From Amoebophrya sp. A120 (taxonomy: Eukaryota > Protista > Dinoflagellata), in the NCBI GenBank assembly GCA_905178155.1, contig CAJINV010000003.1, forward strand, positions 4,277,253 through 4,341,252: a stretch of 64,000 bases of DNA. The letters run 5' to 3'. Each line of letters starts with the position of its first letter. Position 1 is the first letter of the stretch. Below, one piece after another: positions 24,289-37,392 of this stretch. The notes below the pieces were generated by a model, which saw nothing but the letters and a program-made list of their open reading frames with translations, made no database searches and was not told the origin of the DNA. Made by a program: the position numbers and the translations under genes.

Positions 24289-25088
24289 GCCAGCGCCGTG
24301 CGTCCTCGTCAAGAGCAGCATGATAGTGCCTCCAAAATCTCTTCAGAGGTCGGCCTATCGTAACCGCTTTTGCGGCTCGAAAGAAACGCATAGAACGCGT
24401 TGCGTTAGTCACCTCGCTCTGAGTTGTGAAATTCCAAACTTTTATTTTTATCGCGCAGCAAAATCCGCGAATTTTCAAAGTTTTATTTTTATCTGCTGCT
24501 TTTCTGATGGTCCTTGACACAAATGGGATAGCGCAAAGGTGGACCATGATATGTTATGTAGTTAGTGGGCCAAAAGGTACCACACACCATGTCCCGCGGC
24601 GATCTTCCTCCTAGGCGGCCAAAAACAGAACAGGAATTCCACTCACAAGACCGCCCGGCTTAGCGCCCCAGTTTTTGGATTTGGGCCACATATCTACTGA
24701 TTGTGATTTCGACAACCCTAACCCAGTTTCCGCTAGTGGTAGGCACGCTCGGAAAAGGGTATTTCCTTGTTATGGCTAGCATCTCTCTGTCTCTGCGGTG
24801 AGTTCATCGACTTTCAGCCAGGAAGCAAGACGACCAAAGACAACACAGAGACGACATCGACGCAACGACCTAAATAAAAGCGCACTTTCTGTGTCAAGGA
24901 GACGAACATACATGTTGTCGCGAAAAGGAAAACCTATCGACAAATGACTTCCGTCTGGGTGACAACTACATCGCGTCGCTTTTCTTTCGCATAGATAGTA
25001 CTTAGGTTTGCTTTTTAGTTCGTTGTCGCTTGTTGTGCTTCTCGATGCCGCTTGTTACAAAGAGATCCACTCGATCAAACAATCAATG

Positions 25089-26574
25089 TCATTTTTCGTC
25101 CTCGTCGCTGAGCTCTAGGAGTTCCATCATACGCATAGCAAGCTCCTCTGCCCGATTGCGGCGCGCGTCATCGGAGAGGTTTTCGTTTTTCGCCTGCACA
25201 TGAGCCGATCGCATGTGTTGCATCAAAGTGTCCAATGCTTCCAAGTGTTCGGCTTGATCCTCTTCCGCAGCGTTTTCTAGTTCTACGGATGTAGCTGGCT
25301 TTTGTCCCTGCCTTGCTTTCTCACAGCATTCTCGTTGTGCCCCCGCGACTTCCTGGTGCAACGCGGTACTAGCTACTTTCGAGGGTGAGTCGGAACTCAA
25401 AACTAGGTCTCCATCCTCTGCGCCTCTCGATGTTGGCTCCAATGCAGGCGAAGCATCGTCGGTTGATGGGGTGCTATCACGGAGAAGCGCATCGCTCTCG
25501 CGGTTTTTTATCACTACACCGAGGTCCCGGCGTATGGGTGACGCTGGGCTGGTGGTTCGCCCTTCATTAGTCTCAGTTTTTTTCTTTGCCTCAACTGGTT
25601 GTATGACGGGCCACATATGACACAAAAAGGTCTCCCGGATTTCCTCTGTGGCAGAAACGTCTGCTGCACTTTGGTCGACAAAAGAATTCGGCTCCGCACC
25701 GCATGATTCTGGGTGTGCTCCTCTCAACAAAGAGCCAATGGGAAAAGGTTTCTGTGCGGGCAGCAGCTGCGTGTCGTCTCGCTCTCGGCCAAGGAAATCC
25801 CGAACTTCCTCTTCCTTGATGGCTATTCGCTGGAAACCGTGATCCAGGCACAGGTCAATGTCTGTAGTTGTCAATATTTTATTTCTCGAGGAATTGCTTT
25901 AGCTTTAGGACCGAGAAACGCAAATGAAAATCCAATGTGCGGAGAAGTTCATCATGTGACCATCCTACGCTACTTTTTACTCACATGTTTTCTTGCGCAG
26001 ACGCAAACCAGAAGACAGAAGTTTGAAGAAAAAAAAATGTCAATGGCAAAAGCATTGATATAGCTTTTCTACGCTGTTCCCGTTCCTGGTCATCCTGCTC
26101 CTCTACACGGAAAGCAGACACCTCACCTCGGTCGTTCCGTTTTCCGTCCTGAGCATTCAGAACGCAAACCGCCAACCGAAATTGTTCAGCAATCTCTTCC
26201 TCTGCCCCGTCACCCCCTGTTTCGGCAGAGTTTGAGGAAAATGCCGCCGACGCAGATGGTCGCGCCTCCAACAGGTCCCGCAATTCGGACAGACCTCGGT
26301 AGATTAGTACGATTCCAGCGTCCGGCCTTTCGCTTTCGGTTGCTTTAGCGTCTTCCCTGCGTGTGAACGCTATTCGTGCCTGGAAATACTTCGTTACCAA
26401 AGTCTTGTCGGGAAAAAGGTTTTCCACAAACCTGTACGCATTTTCGGAAAACCCTGCATCATGCCGGCTTACTACCACTGAGATCTTGTTATTTGCTGGC
26501 GGTGGCGCAGCAGAGTATTGCTGCGAATCACCGCATGCTGCGGACGCCTCCTTGTCGGCATCGGCTGTATCCAT
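25089..26574 (-). CDS. AAGAB: Alpha/gamma-adaptin-binding protein p34-like
   Basis: LVTKYFQARI, LCLDHGF, IRETFLCHMWP and C-terminal LSDDARRNRAEELAMRMM; intron ~25870-26065; start could extend to 26724. Confidence 0.7.
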
Positions 26575-27670
26575 TTTGCGCAAAAAATGATAGTAGTCTA
26601 AATGTTGATGTTCAGAATAAATTGACTCTTCTCCAATTAGGGGTGAAATAGCAAAACCTTGAACAAAACTTCTTCCTATGTCGCTGATACGATCAAGGAT
26701 GATAATTGGCCTTTCTGCAAGCATGGCGCAGTTGGAGTCTATTTACTGCAGAAGACCTCGAAAAAATCCTTGAGGTGGGGCGGATCGGAGAAGGAGAAAA
26801 AGAAAAAAGACCTCATACGTCTGCAACACATACACGTTCACGTTGTGATCCGAATGCATTACCCGAATAGATCAACTGAAATTCTGAAATTCTTTACTTG
26901 TGGTCAGTCCGACAATGTCGAGGAACGCAAAAGTAGTCTTGTACAGATGGAACGTGATGCCGTAACCTGTGCTGTTTCCGGCTCGATCTTTTGTACAGAT
27001 AAATTTTCTTGAAGGCCTCCGTCGACAAATCAATATGTACAGGCGTTTTGTGGATACGTCAAATACAAGATTTCTCAAACGCAACATAGATACAATCAAA
27101 GAAAGTTAACGCAAACCGCAAGCGCAATCCGTATGAAATAACGAGAAGCGAATTTGTTACAGCCTCCGTTTTCTCGCTGTGGCGATTATGACTATCGCAC
27201 AAAGGTAATCCATGACATAAACTAACATGACATAAACGTATAGAGAACAAAAGCGATGGTGTAATCTAGATCAATACTTTAATGGCTAACTCAAGTGTGA
27301 ATAAATTAGGTGCGACTAAACACTTCGATACCGTTACTTACGAAAGCGCAAACCCGCCATTCTTGCGTTTGCGACTTCGAAACCGAAAGTGGTTCATTGG
27401 GAATAGAAAATACAAAAAGGTTCATCAAACGAGCAGCTCTACGCGACCGCGCGCATTCTTTGATCTTCAAAGTGAGGCACCACGACGCAGTATCGCAACA
27501 ATACGACCGTGGAGAATTAGCAAGCACTAGAATCTGGAAAGCACATGAAGACGTAGGTTTCTGTTAGTACACAGAAGATCAGCTTTCTACGTGAATAGAA
27601 ATTCTTTATCTAGCGTCATCTTTCTACTCACGTTCTTTGTCACGTAAAAACAGTTTTCATCCACCGTCCA

Positions 27671-29475
27671 CTAGTGCGGCTCAATCATGTTGCCACGCTT
27701 CATGGAGCCGCAGCTCGGATCGCGGCTGAACCACATGTGCATCTGCCAGCGCGCCGATTCCAGCTGCTCGGTGCCGTAGTGACTCGGGCACCCCGCGGCT
27801 CTCATGGTGGAAACGTTGTGCTTTTTGAGGTTCCCCGGGTTGTAGCTCAAACCGGACTCGTGACTGAGGCCCGCCGTGTACTTGCACCACGTCATCGGCT
27901 CGGTGTACGACAATGGCATAATTTCTCGCTCCATCGCACAGAGGCTCGCGTACCTGTCGTGTTGGATCGTTTATTGTTTTTGCTTCGTCCTTTTTGCAGC
28001 TTTTTGTGCATTAGGGGCGTCATCTAGTCACGAGGAAATCGCCACGTTCAACTGCATGCACCACAATGTGAAACAACAAAACAAAGACTCACAGCGACAA
28101 CTTGATCTTCTACATACGAGATGATCCAAATGTAAGAAGTATACTTGTTCTCTTCCGGGGTGTATTGGTCTTGCAGATCTACCCTAAGGTCGGATCCAGG
28201 ATTTAATCTTGTCCATGAAAGCGAATACTTCGGGTCCCGATGAAACCACTGCGCCGTACCGTATGGGTTGTACTGTTTATTTTTTTCGTGAAAATCAATT
28301 TTGATTTTTACACGTTCGCAAGAAGATTTAAACCACAAAACTCAACATATACTTTCATACTTCTCTCAATTCCTGAGCCCGCGCGTTGGCGTCTCCGAGT
28401 TTCTTGCCGATGACAGTTTCCGAGTACACAGCTGGTTGATTCGTGCTGGTACCAGGCACTCTTTGTATTTGCTTCATCGACTTTTTCTTCTGCAGGGCTT
28501 TCGGATTGTCAATGGCGCGCTCGAGCTTCGAAGGACCGCATTTACCTGTTTTTGTTTTATACTAGAAGGACGATCATTTTCTATCCATCTTATGGTCGAA
28601 AAACAATCTTTTGCGCACCATGTCAAGAGTTCGCATCAAGATCAATTGTTCAACACAAAAACCGCATGAGATCGAAAAAGTAATCCTAATTCAAATAATT
28701 TCTGTACCGAGCCTCTGGTAGGCAATTTCTATTCCCTGGTGCCACCTTGTCGAGAATTGGTTGCATGGCCCCTTCTTCGGGATATACCCGAGGTACTTAC
28801 TCACATTTGTGACATACTTCGGCTGGTCAACCCTTGGCATGTGGCCAATTTTTCGGGCTGGAATCTTGTGTAGTCTGCCGAGCTGAAAATGAAATGCATT
28901 CATATGCCATCAGATGAAAACCGATCAATTTTCAAGCCTGTACCTGCCACGCTGAACTTTCTTCAAAAATAAAACTAGAACCACTCAAAGCAACGCACAT
29001 CTCAACGCAGGCAGGTACCTGTATGTCATCAATGCCGGTGTGCTCGTGCCCTGGCTTGTCGCAGTACTTTCGAAATGCCGCATGGTTATCAAATGTAAAA
29101 ATGTCTGGGTCTGGAAGAATCCGAACTTGTGGTGCTGCATTTGGATTCTAAAAAAATCTGTATTGCATGACCAAAAAAGGAAATGCAATTTTGGCTACGC
29201 GGAGAGGGAATTTGTCATGCGGAATACGCATCAAGAAGCCCTCAAAAGATCCGTATTGCTAGAGTATGCATCACAGACATCATGGCTCATGCAAAACGTG
29301 CATGACAAGTGTCACAATCTTCCAGACCCAGACATTTTTACATTTGATAATGGTGAGTTTTTGACAACCGGTCCTGGGGTCCGAAATAAATCGGCGTGGG
29401 GCCCGTGTCTTGCACCGGAATGCGCAAATTTCGGCCCTCATCGTTGTATCCGCGGACTTCGTCCGCACCCGACAT
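27671..29475 (-). CDS. Hypothetical multi-exon protein (possibly flagellar; YLGYIP motif)
   Basis: MSGADEVRGY...SKTHH|AAFRKYCDKP is in frame after removing 29087-29349; later exons flanked by GT-AG (28883-28707, ~28545, 27954-27671). Confidence 0.6.
29087..29349. mobile_element. TIR insertion / non-canonical intron, family A (263 bp), reverse orientation relative to the other A copies
   Basis: Perfect 32-bp TIR TATCAAATGTAAAAATGTCTGGGTCTGGAAGA; direct repeat ATGGT. Confidence 0.95.
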
Positions 29476-30516
29476 TGTAGTTCTACGAGATCTTCAATTC
29501 AAAACTAGTCTACAAAAAAAAGTATCTTTCCCGCAAACAAAAAAAGTACCCGGTTCTGTCTGAAACAACGATGAGTGTCCTTCGTAGCGAGCGTTTGCGG
29601 CAGCCCAGGAAAACTTTGAACTTCACAACGAAGGTAAGTTGTAGAAAGTTAAACACGATTCCAACAAAATCAAAAACCAAACAGATTGACGAAGGCCCAA
29701 CGAATCCGTATGCATGTCCACGTCTGTGATTGATTCCTGCTTTAGACTAGGTTATTTTCAAACGAGACAAAATGAAATTGCAAACAGTTATTTTCATTAC
29801 GAAGATTTAACGATGTTGTAAATAACAATGAGGAGCAGTAGAAACACAAAAATAGGAGAAGACCGACGGGACTAAGATTTGTGACGAGTTGACGATATGC
29901 GATCATACTGGCACGAGTTTCGACGTCCGAACGGGAAAGAGTAGGGAAACATCAGCTATCAAATTACTGAATACACGACAACAAAGTAGAACCTGTCTTC
30001 CCATACCCACACCCGAGACTGTAGATGTACCTAATGCTTTCCCAGACTTTCCTTTATCCTTTGTTCCGTCCCGACAATTCCTTCGACGCGAAATTACACG
30101 TCTGAGAGATGAACAAACAAGAGGCAACCTGGCGGGCATTGTTGACCCACAGTTCTATAGCACGTAGCCCGGCACAAGCCAAGAAGCTGGACCTGAATGT
30201 ACTTAAGTTCCGACTCCAGATGTTGAGCGAGAGTGGGCGCAAGACCATTGTACACATGTATACTGCGTTCTAGATGCAGCAGGGCCGTCTTGAACGGATG
30301 CAACGTGACTTCAACAGCATCCCTTAGGCTTAGTAGCTATTCTTCAGCGATGTTGTAGACGTGTCAATGCTAAAACTCTTGTTCAAGCGCATGCACAGCG
30401 AGGAAATAGCGCTTTATTCATCGTACAGTTCCACGAAATAAAAAATCATGGTTCTTGGTGAGCTATCATCCTGGCTCCAGCTTCGTGTCACATTTATTCG
30501 CTTCGCCACTACTACT

Positions 30517-31724
30517 TCAGACTGCATTTTCATCCCTCAATCGGTAGTAGTACACCGGGCTGCCCGAATCCTTTTCCCGATCGCTGGTGGGATCGATCTT
30601 GCTCCAGGAAAACGGTAGGTTCTCCTTGCGCTCCTCCACCAATTTCGACGAACAGGCGGTGACGCCCTCGATCCCGTGCATGGAAACAAACATGCGCAGC
30701 TTTTTCGGCAGGGCGGCGCACACCTGTCCGAGCTGCTCGCGGGAGAAGGAGAAGTTGTATACGAGCGTGGCATCGTCCATTTTCGCTTTGGTAAAGTCCT
30801 TCTTCCGGAAATCGATCTTGCGCACGTTGTCGGGCGATCCGGTGAGCGACCGAATCTGCTCCGGGGACAGTTTCCCGCACTGCTCCGGGAGGGACTCCTG
30901 CGTCTTCCGAAACAGAGAGGAGAACCCCTTCGTATCCTTTTTGTTGATCTGGTTCACCTCCTGCACCTTCGTCAGCGAGTTTCTCAACAGAAACAGCTTC
31001 GCGTTCTGCGCGGCGTCGTACCGCGTCGGCTCGAATTCGATCCCGATGGCCCGCTTCACCGGCGTCGTCAGCGCGGTCTGCACGACGGCTTTACCGAGCC
31101 CGCTTCCGAGGTCGTAGAAAACGTCATTGGCCGTCACGTCCATGCGCCAGAGGATCTGCGCCAACGAGTCGGAAAGCACTTCCCCGTACAACGGGCTGCC
31201 CCCCACTGCCTTCAGCGCCGCCTGCTCCTTCTCCGGCACGTAAAATCCCGAGGGCAGACTCCCGTAAACAGTGTTCACCAGGTCGCCTGCGCAGGCGCTC
31301 AACTGCCGAAAGCCTTGCTCAGCCTTCGCGATCACATCAGCACGACGCTGCAGGGGCACCATGTTGCGTCGCACAAACGAGGCGCCCCGCACATCTTGTA
31401 TGAATTGCAAAAATGTCTGGGTCTGGAAGAGTGCAGGAGTTTGCCATGCATATTTTGCATGCCCCGTGAGGTCTGTGATGCATGCCCTGGCATCAGAGAT
31501 TTTGCGAGGGCTTTCTGATGCTCATACCGCATGAGAAATGCCCTCTCCGCGTAGCACAAACTACGCGTCTTTTGCTGTTCATGCAATACAGATTTTATGT
31601 AGAGTCCAAAGGTAGCATCACAAGTTGCATCCTTCCAGACCCAGACACTTTTGCATTTGATATCTTGATGAAGGAAGCAAACCTGGTGCAGCAGGAGAAC
31701 CAGAAACCGCGGCACACCGTACAT
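30517..31724 (-). CDS. DOT1-like class I SAM-dependent methyltransferase, paralog 1
   Basis: LYGEVLSDS, DVFYDLGSGLGKAVVQTAL, AIGIEFEPTRY; the N-terminus MYGVPRFLVLLLHQVCFLHQD joins VRGASF after removing 31399-31662. Confidence 0.8.
31399..31662. mobile_element. TIR insertion / non-canonical intron, family A (264 bp)
   Basis: TATGAATTGCAAAAATGTCTGGGTCTGGAAG...CTTCCAGACCCAGACACTTTTGCATTTGATA; direct repeat TCTTG. Confidence 0.95.
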
Positions 31725-32548
31725 GGCAGTAGTTTTGCACTAACGTATTTCTCAGTGTCGTGGTAGTCGTGTGAGCAGGATTTAATGCTAGTACTGCTGC
31801 AGCTTCGGCTGTATGCAAAAAAACCGTAGCTACAAGATTCAAAAATTTGTTATGTTGAAAGCAGAAATCGCGAAGAAGCACACTTCTTACGCCAGGTTGG
31901 TGGAATCGGTCCGTGAAATCGTTATCGTATTTTGCTTACTAGTGCCTCTCAACTTGTATGGTGCACCTCTTCTCCGTGTTCTCGATCTTGGGCCGCGTCA
32001 TGAGGTCGCTCAAATGAATCCAGGTAGATGCAGCGCCGGTATGGATCATCACCATCGTTTGAGATCTTTTCCCACCCTACCGCAGGCGGATGGAGTAACA
32101 CATCTTCGGTGAGATTGATACACCTCACGTCATAGCGCCATTCTCGTAGGAGCTGCAAGTTGTCACTGTCTCCTGCTACCTTCTTCTCATGCGTCATCTT
32201 GGGAGAGCCATCTACTACATTGCGAAACGTATGTCCTGCTCTGATTCAGCTTTACTTCATCTTGGTTTCATCTTTTTATCCTTATACATTCAGCCAAAAA
32301 ACGCAAGAAACTGTATCTGGTTGCTTTCCTGGTTCATTCTTTTCTTTTGGAAACGTCTGTCTGAGTCATCGCCAAGCTACTAGTCGTCTTGAACAACGAG
32401 AATTGCGCCCGAATCCGGTCACCGTTACATGATCATGGAGTTTCTGATGTTTGGCTGTGAGGACGCCGCGAGCCCGGCGCCGCTGCACTATGAGAATCGC
32501 CTTTGCGTTCGCTTCTCCTCCGGCTTTGCACCCAGTTCTTCTACTCGT

Positions 32549-33340
32549 TCACGCATGCGGCTGGTAGAAGTAGATCGAACTTCCACCGGATTTTCGGCTC
32601 CACGACATGGGTAACTGCATGACGTGCGCTTTCCAGAACTTTCGGGTACAATTTTCCACGTCCCCGAGATCCTTGAGAACCACAAACATGCGCACCTTTT
32701 TTTGTGGAAGCAAATCGCAGATCTTTCCCAGCAATTCCGTAGAGAAACAGGTTGCGCATGAGTAGGCGATGGTGGCATCGTCGAGGGTCGCCTTCGCGAA
32801 GTCCTTCTGCTCAAACTCGATCACCCTATCGGCCGCCGCCGGCGTTCCCAGCACTGCCTTGCGTGCTTGGAGCGCCGTTTTGTGTCTTGTCGCTTCGAAT
32901 TCGATACCGACTGCTTTCTTCACGGGTGTGGTGAGCGCGGTTTGAAGCACCGTCTTCCCGATTCCCGACCCGAGATCGTAGAAGACATCGTCTCTCGTGG
33001 GCTTCACGTACTCCAGAACTTTCGCCAACGACTCCGGTAGAATTTCCCCGTAAATCGGCGAACCCCCTACCGCCTCCAGTGCCTTTTGCTCTTGTGCCGG
33101 GATGTTAAATCCCGGATTCAAGTCCTCGTACGTCTTGGTCAACAACGTTGATGCTTCATCCGTGTCGAAAACGCCCCCGGGGGCTCTTTTTGCGGCCTCG
33201 GTCTTCAACTTGCTCTTACCTTGGCCCAGCATCAACTTGTGCCGCAAAACGTTTGCGCATTCGACGACACAAAAATGCGGGGTGAGCAGCACTGCCAAGC
33301 CGGCGAAACGCCAGGCAGCAGAACTATACGCGACAAGCAT
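32549..33340 (-). CDS. DOT1-like class I SAM-dependent methyltransferase, paralog 2
   Basis: IYGEILPES, DVFYDLGSGIGKTVLQTAL, AVGIEFEATRH, DATIAYSCATCF; hydrophobic N-terminus. Confidence 0.85.
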   Translation of the reverse strand: MLVAYSSAAWRFAGLAVLLTPHFCVVECANVLRHKLMLGQGKSKLKTEAAKRAPGGVFDTDEASTLLTKTYEDLNPGFNIPAQEQKALEAVGGSPIYGEILPESLAKVLEYVKPTRDDVFYDLGSGIGKTVLQTALTTPVKKAVGIEFEATRHKTALQARKAVLGTPAAADRVIEFEQKDFAKATLDDATIAYSCATCFSTELLGKICDLLPQKKVRMFVVLKDLGDVENCTRKFWKAHVMQLPMSWSRKSGGSSIYFYQPHA

Positions 33341-33691
33341 ATTTTCACACTACCATGCTCCGGCGTTAGCGGTGCTGTTCAGGGTGGGATGATTTAAGTA
33401 GAAGGTGAAAAAGAAAAGCTACAGTGCAGTCCGTCATGTGAAAACCTCCTATCGAAACCATGTCGCGCACACTCTTCACCAACTCTCAGAATTCTTCCCT
33501 TCCAAGAAACATGCTTCCATAAACGTAGCCTCACATCAACATACATAGGACACTCTGACTCTAGGGGTTTCTGCTCGTTGTTCCACCTTTTGGACAATCT
33601 GGTCCCTGTGACGGCGCGCCAACACGCTATGGCTAATATCCCATTCCCATATAGGCCGCTTAAGCACATAGCAAGAGACAGCCTGTGCATT

Positions 33692-36600
33692 TCAGTTGTA
33701 GCCGTAGCTGCCGATAGATCTTGATCCTGGTAGGTACGCGTTTGCTTTGTTGAGTAGTAGACTAAAAGAATTTCTGAATGCGAACCGAGTCTGGGACTGC
33801 AGCCCAAGGGAAAATTGTAACCGCGACTGTTCATCACACACTGTCGAAGACTTCCCAGAACTCGTCAGACTCCTGCTTTTCCACTTCCACCCCGGCGATC
33901 CGAACCTGACTGCGCACGAGCTCCTGGCTCTGCAAGAAGTCTTCTGCAAACTTCCCCGAGTTTGCCTTTGCCTTGTCATCTGGATGAGCTAAGGCGCCGA
34001 CCCACAGGAAGATCGTCGGCTCCCCGTCCGAATCGGGTGCAAAGAACAATTGCACGAATTCGCTGTCGAGGTCGTCCGGATCGGGCATGCTCATCGGATC
34101 GTCCCAATTTGGGCACCTGGAATGGGACGTTGCTTCACGTAAGTACTAGTACAGGAGGTTTTGCACTGTTGCTTGTACATCTAGATTGATCCTAGTCCTG
34201 GTCCTGCTACTTTTACACGCAAACAGAAAAAACAGGTACGTGAAAAGCTGCGGTTTGATTTTCAATTTTGTCTTCGATGACGTAACAACTTCGGTGTTCA
34301 ACGGGGGCGTCCTTGGCGAGGTCATCGGTGTCCGCGGCGTCTCATTTTTGGCTCCAAACGTCTTGACCAGCAGCTCGTAGTCGTCATCGTTACTCCGTAT
34401 TGATTGCACCTGCAAATTTCTTGGTCACCGATTCACCGGAAGTAGATGTTGTTCACGTAGTTGTCAAAGTAAAAGAACTCGTCCTGATTCACATTTGAAT
34501 CTTTTCGCCCTACAAGTTCCAGAAAAAATACGAAACAGGACCCGAAATTCCAATACCTGCCCTGAGCCTTTGTTTTCGCTCCGCAGAATGCCCCAAAAGG
34601 CCTCGGACGGGTTCGGGTCTCGGCAGTAATCGATGACGGGTCTTTCGTTGGGTGGCAGCCACCGCCTTCGGCAGTCGCTGACCTGCAACAGGAGTTTCTC
34701 GGCTTCCTGCTCCGGAACCACGGACTCGGGCCCACGCCACACCAAGAACTTGTTCCGCTTGCTGTCAAAGCACGCGTAATCGAAGCGCGGGTCGATCCAC
34801 AACGAGGGCACATTGCGGTATTCGACCGCGAACAGAACCAGAAACGGGTCCCGGTCGTGGTGACACCTGATCTTGCAAAGCTTCGGATCGGCTACTACCT
34901 GTATAAATTTAAGTAACGTTGGAGATCGTCCTCGGGACTTAGAGGTTTTCTATTCTTTTTTGTACTCGTGTGGATTTGCTTGAACGGCGAGGACCTGCAT
35001 CAGCATCGACTCTGTGACTTATGGGGGTCATACATTGCAAAATTAGTACCGCTTCCCCAGGTTTTTCTGAGTTGGGGTTCGGAATCCCCAGTTCCTTCTG
35101 CCAGAGCAGAAGCTGGACGTAGAAGCCGGTATTGGGGCGGCAAATGGGGCGCGTTTGCTGAATGCGCGAGAGGACCTCCCCGACGGGCTTCTTGGTCAGG
35201 TGCATCAGGTACACCAAACACAGAGTGCAACTTCGGCTCACACCTTGGCCGCAGTGGAACAAGATGCGCGGCTTTTTCCGGGTCGTTTCCGCTATCCTGT
35301 GCAAAAGTATCGTACTCGTATGGCAATCATGCATCAATTTTTTTCTTAAGGAAAATCCGCATTACAAATTTTATCTCTCATGCTGACGAAATTTGTAGTG
35401 CATTTATACGAATACGCTACTTTTGCAGTTCATATCCGCGGCCTGCACGCAAAACTCCAGCAGCTTGAAGAATCCACTGGAGATATCCTCCGCGCGGCCG
35501 TCCTTGAAGTAAAAGGTGAGGTACTCGAAGTGCCGCGACGGGGCTTTCTGAGCTGTAGTAAGAGCAGGATAGAAGTCTTTCTATTCCTACCACATTTTTC
35601 AGTTCCACCGAAAGCAACTACACTTGAAGTCGAAATGCTTGCGGATTCAAAAAAAAAAACGAAATCTATGTTTGTATTCAAGAAGTACGCGAGTCGTCGT
35701 CCGAGTCCTCCAAGTTGTCAGTTACTTCGGCGGCGGCGTTGACGATGTGTGTGATCCCCTGATTCAGAAGCTGTGTCTTGTTTCTCGCGACATCCGAGGC
35801 CCCGATATAAACGAAGCTTCCTTTCAACCGCGCCAGCGATGGATCGTCGAGGTCGCAGGGTATCTCGCTCAACTCCGGCCGGTATTTTTCGAGCATTTTT
35901 TGGTTCTCGGCCTCCGCGCCGTACTGCAGCTGCTGTTGTTGGCTCTGTTGCACCACCCGCGGGGTCGGCGGCGTCACGCCCTCCCCCTCGCCGGTGGCCG
36001 CCACCTGCTCGCCGCGTCTTCGTTTCAGCACGCCGGGCGCCCGCTCGGGGGACGCAGCGTCCTCCGCGAGGACCTGGACGTTGGGCGACTTCATCACGAT
36101 TTGGGTGGAGTGCTCCACGATCTGCTCGTCCTGTTCGCGTGGACTCACCCGCGACATCACTGCCTGCTTCACCAAGTTCTGACGGTAGCGGTCCGCGGGG
36201 GAAACCAGCTTCTTCGTCGGGTCCGACGGCGTTTGACCTATAGCAGGTTTGGGAGGGGAAGGGGATGAGATGATATCACAACCACAAGCATGCAAACGAC
36301 TATATGTAGATTGGAATCGCAAGTAAGTGTACTTATGCGGCCCCATGGTGGATAGCTGGTGTACGCATGGTTAAAGCAAAGATTTTCAAAAGCTTGCATA
36401 CCAGCAGCGCCTTTTCCGCGTGCAGAGCGGGGCGTAGCGGTCTGCGGCCGTCCTCTCGCAGAATCTTGTTGATTTGCCCGGCCTGCAGCAGCAGCGGGTG
36501 GTGGCTTGACCGCCCCTGCATGGAACGATTGCGCCCGCGGAGTGGTGAACACACCGAGCCCTGGCTGCAGTGGCAGGCGAGGAGTGGCCAGCGGGGTCGC

Positions 36601-37329
36601 TTGCAGCACTGCGCTCATAGGGAAGGACTGCGGTCTCGGCATGGGAATGCTGAAGCGACCGCCCAGACCGAGCACTGGGGGCCGTCCCACGCTTTTGTCT
36701 GGACTTGTCGCCCCGCCCGACGTCCCCAACAATGGTATCTGTGTCACCTGCGTCGCGCCAGTAAATTTTGGCAGTGCCTGCGGTCGCGAAAACGGTCCGT
36801 CGAGACCCGAGGGCTTGGCCGTCGAGGCGGCCGGCCTTGCGACGTTGGTTTGCTTCGCGCTTGTGGGCAGCAGCGCAGGCACGCAGAGTTCTCCATAACT
36901 ACCCGGAAGCGACAAACGGGGAGTCTGCTGCAACACGCGCCTCGCGGGCGAAAAAATCGCCGAAGACCCGGTCGAGCCGCCACTCTGGAAATTCATGACG
37001 CGCGGCACTGGTGCGGTAGTACCGGCTGCCGGCTTTGCTGGGTAGTTCCTGGTCGTGCTACTGCTCGAAGGTGCCTTCTGCTGCATTTGGGAACTTCTGT
37101 TTCCCATGATCGTAGTGGCATCGTCGTAGTTACTTGCATCCTGTGACCGCCCGGGACGACCCGAGTTCGCTGTTGCCCAGGAGCTTGCGGCGGCTGCGGC
37201 ACGGTTCCAGGTGTCTGCCGAAGTCCCGTCGCGAAATGAAGTTGCTCTGGGCAGAAGAGAACCGAGTTCAAATCGCGGCGTTGTGACGTAGCCGAAATTA
37301 TCTGTGGATAAACGAGAATTCTTCATCAA
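33692..37329 (-). CDS. Dual-specificity (MKP-like) protein phosphatase, multi-exon; 3' end approximate
   Basis: FVYIGA, GITHIVNAA, catalytic loop ILFHCGQGVSRS, RPICRPNTGFYVQL; join EFCVQA|AETTRK across 35293-35434. Confidence 0.8.
35293..35434. mobile_element. TIR insertion / non-canonical intron, family D (142 bp)
   Basis: TATCCTGTGCAAAAGTATCGTA...TACGCTACTTTTGCAGTTCATA; direct repeat TCCGC; similar along its length to 1759-1903. Confidence 0.92.
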
Positions 37330-37392
37330 CGATCACCCGCACAACGGGTTGGTGCTGCCACAAGTGTTTTATTTTTGTTCAGTGTGGTATTG

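Noticed and set aside
24555-24700. Possible further TIR element (TAGTTAGTGGGCCAA / TTGGGCCACATATCTA)
   Set aside because: The inverted repeat is weak, and there is no 5-bp duplication, ATA end or GCATNACAA box.
29186-29202. Spliced-leader relic (CGTAGCCA on the minus strand)
   Set aside because: Only 8 nt match the dinoflagellate SL, it lies inside an element, and it is not conserved in the other copies.
29040-29480. Recurring peptide KCKNVWVWK in several ORFs (29040, 31271, 31332, 39746)
   Set aside because: It is the translation of the family A TIR, not a protein motif.
29900-32200. Short ORFs at 29903-30303 and 31949-32197
   Set aside because: Under 85 aa with no motif or clear splice support.
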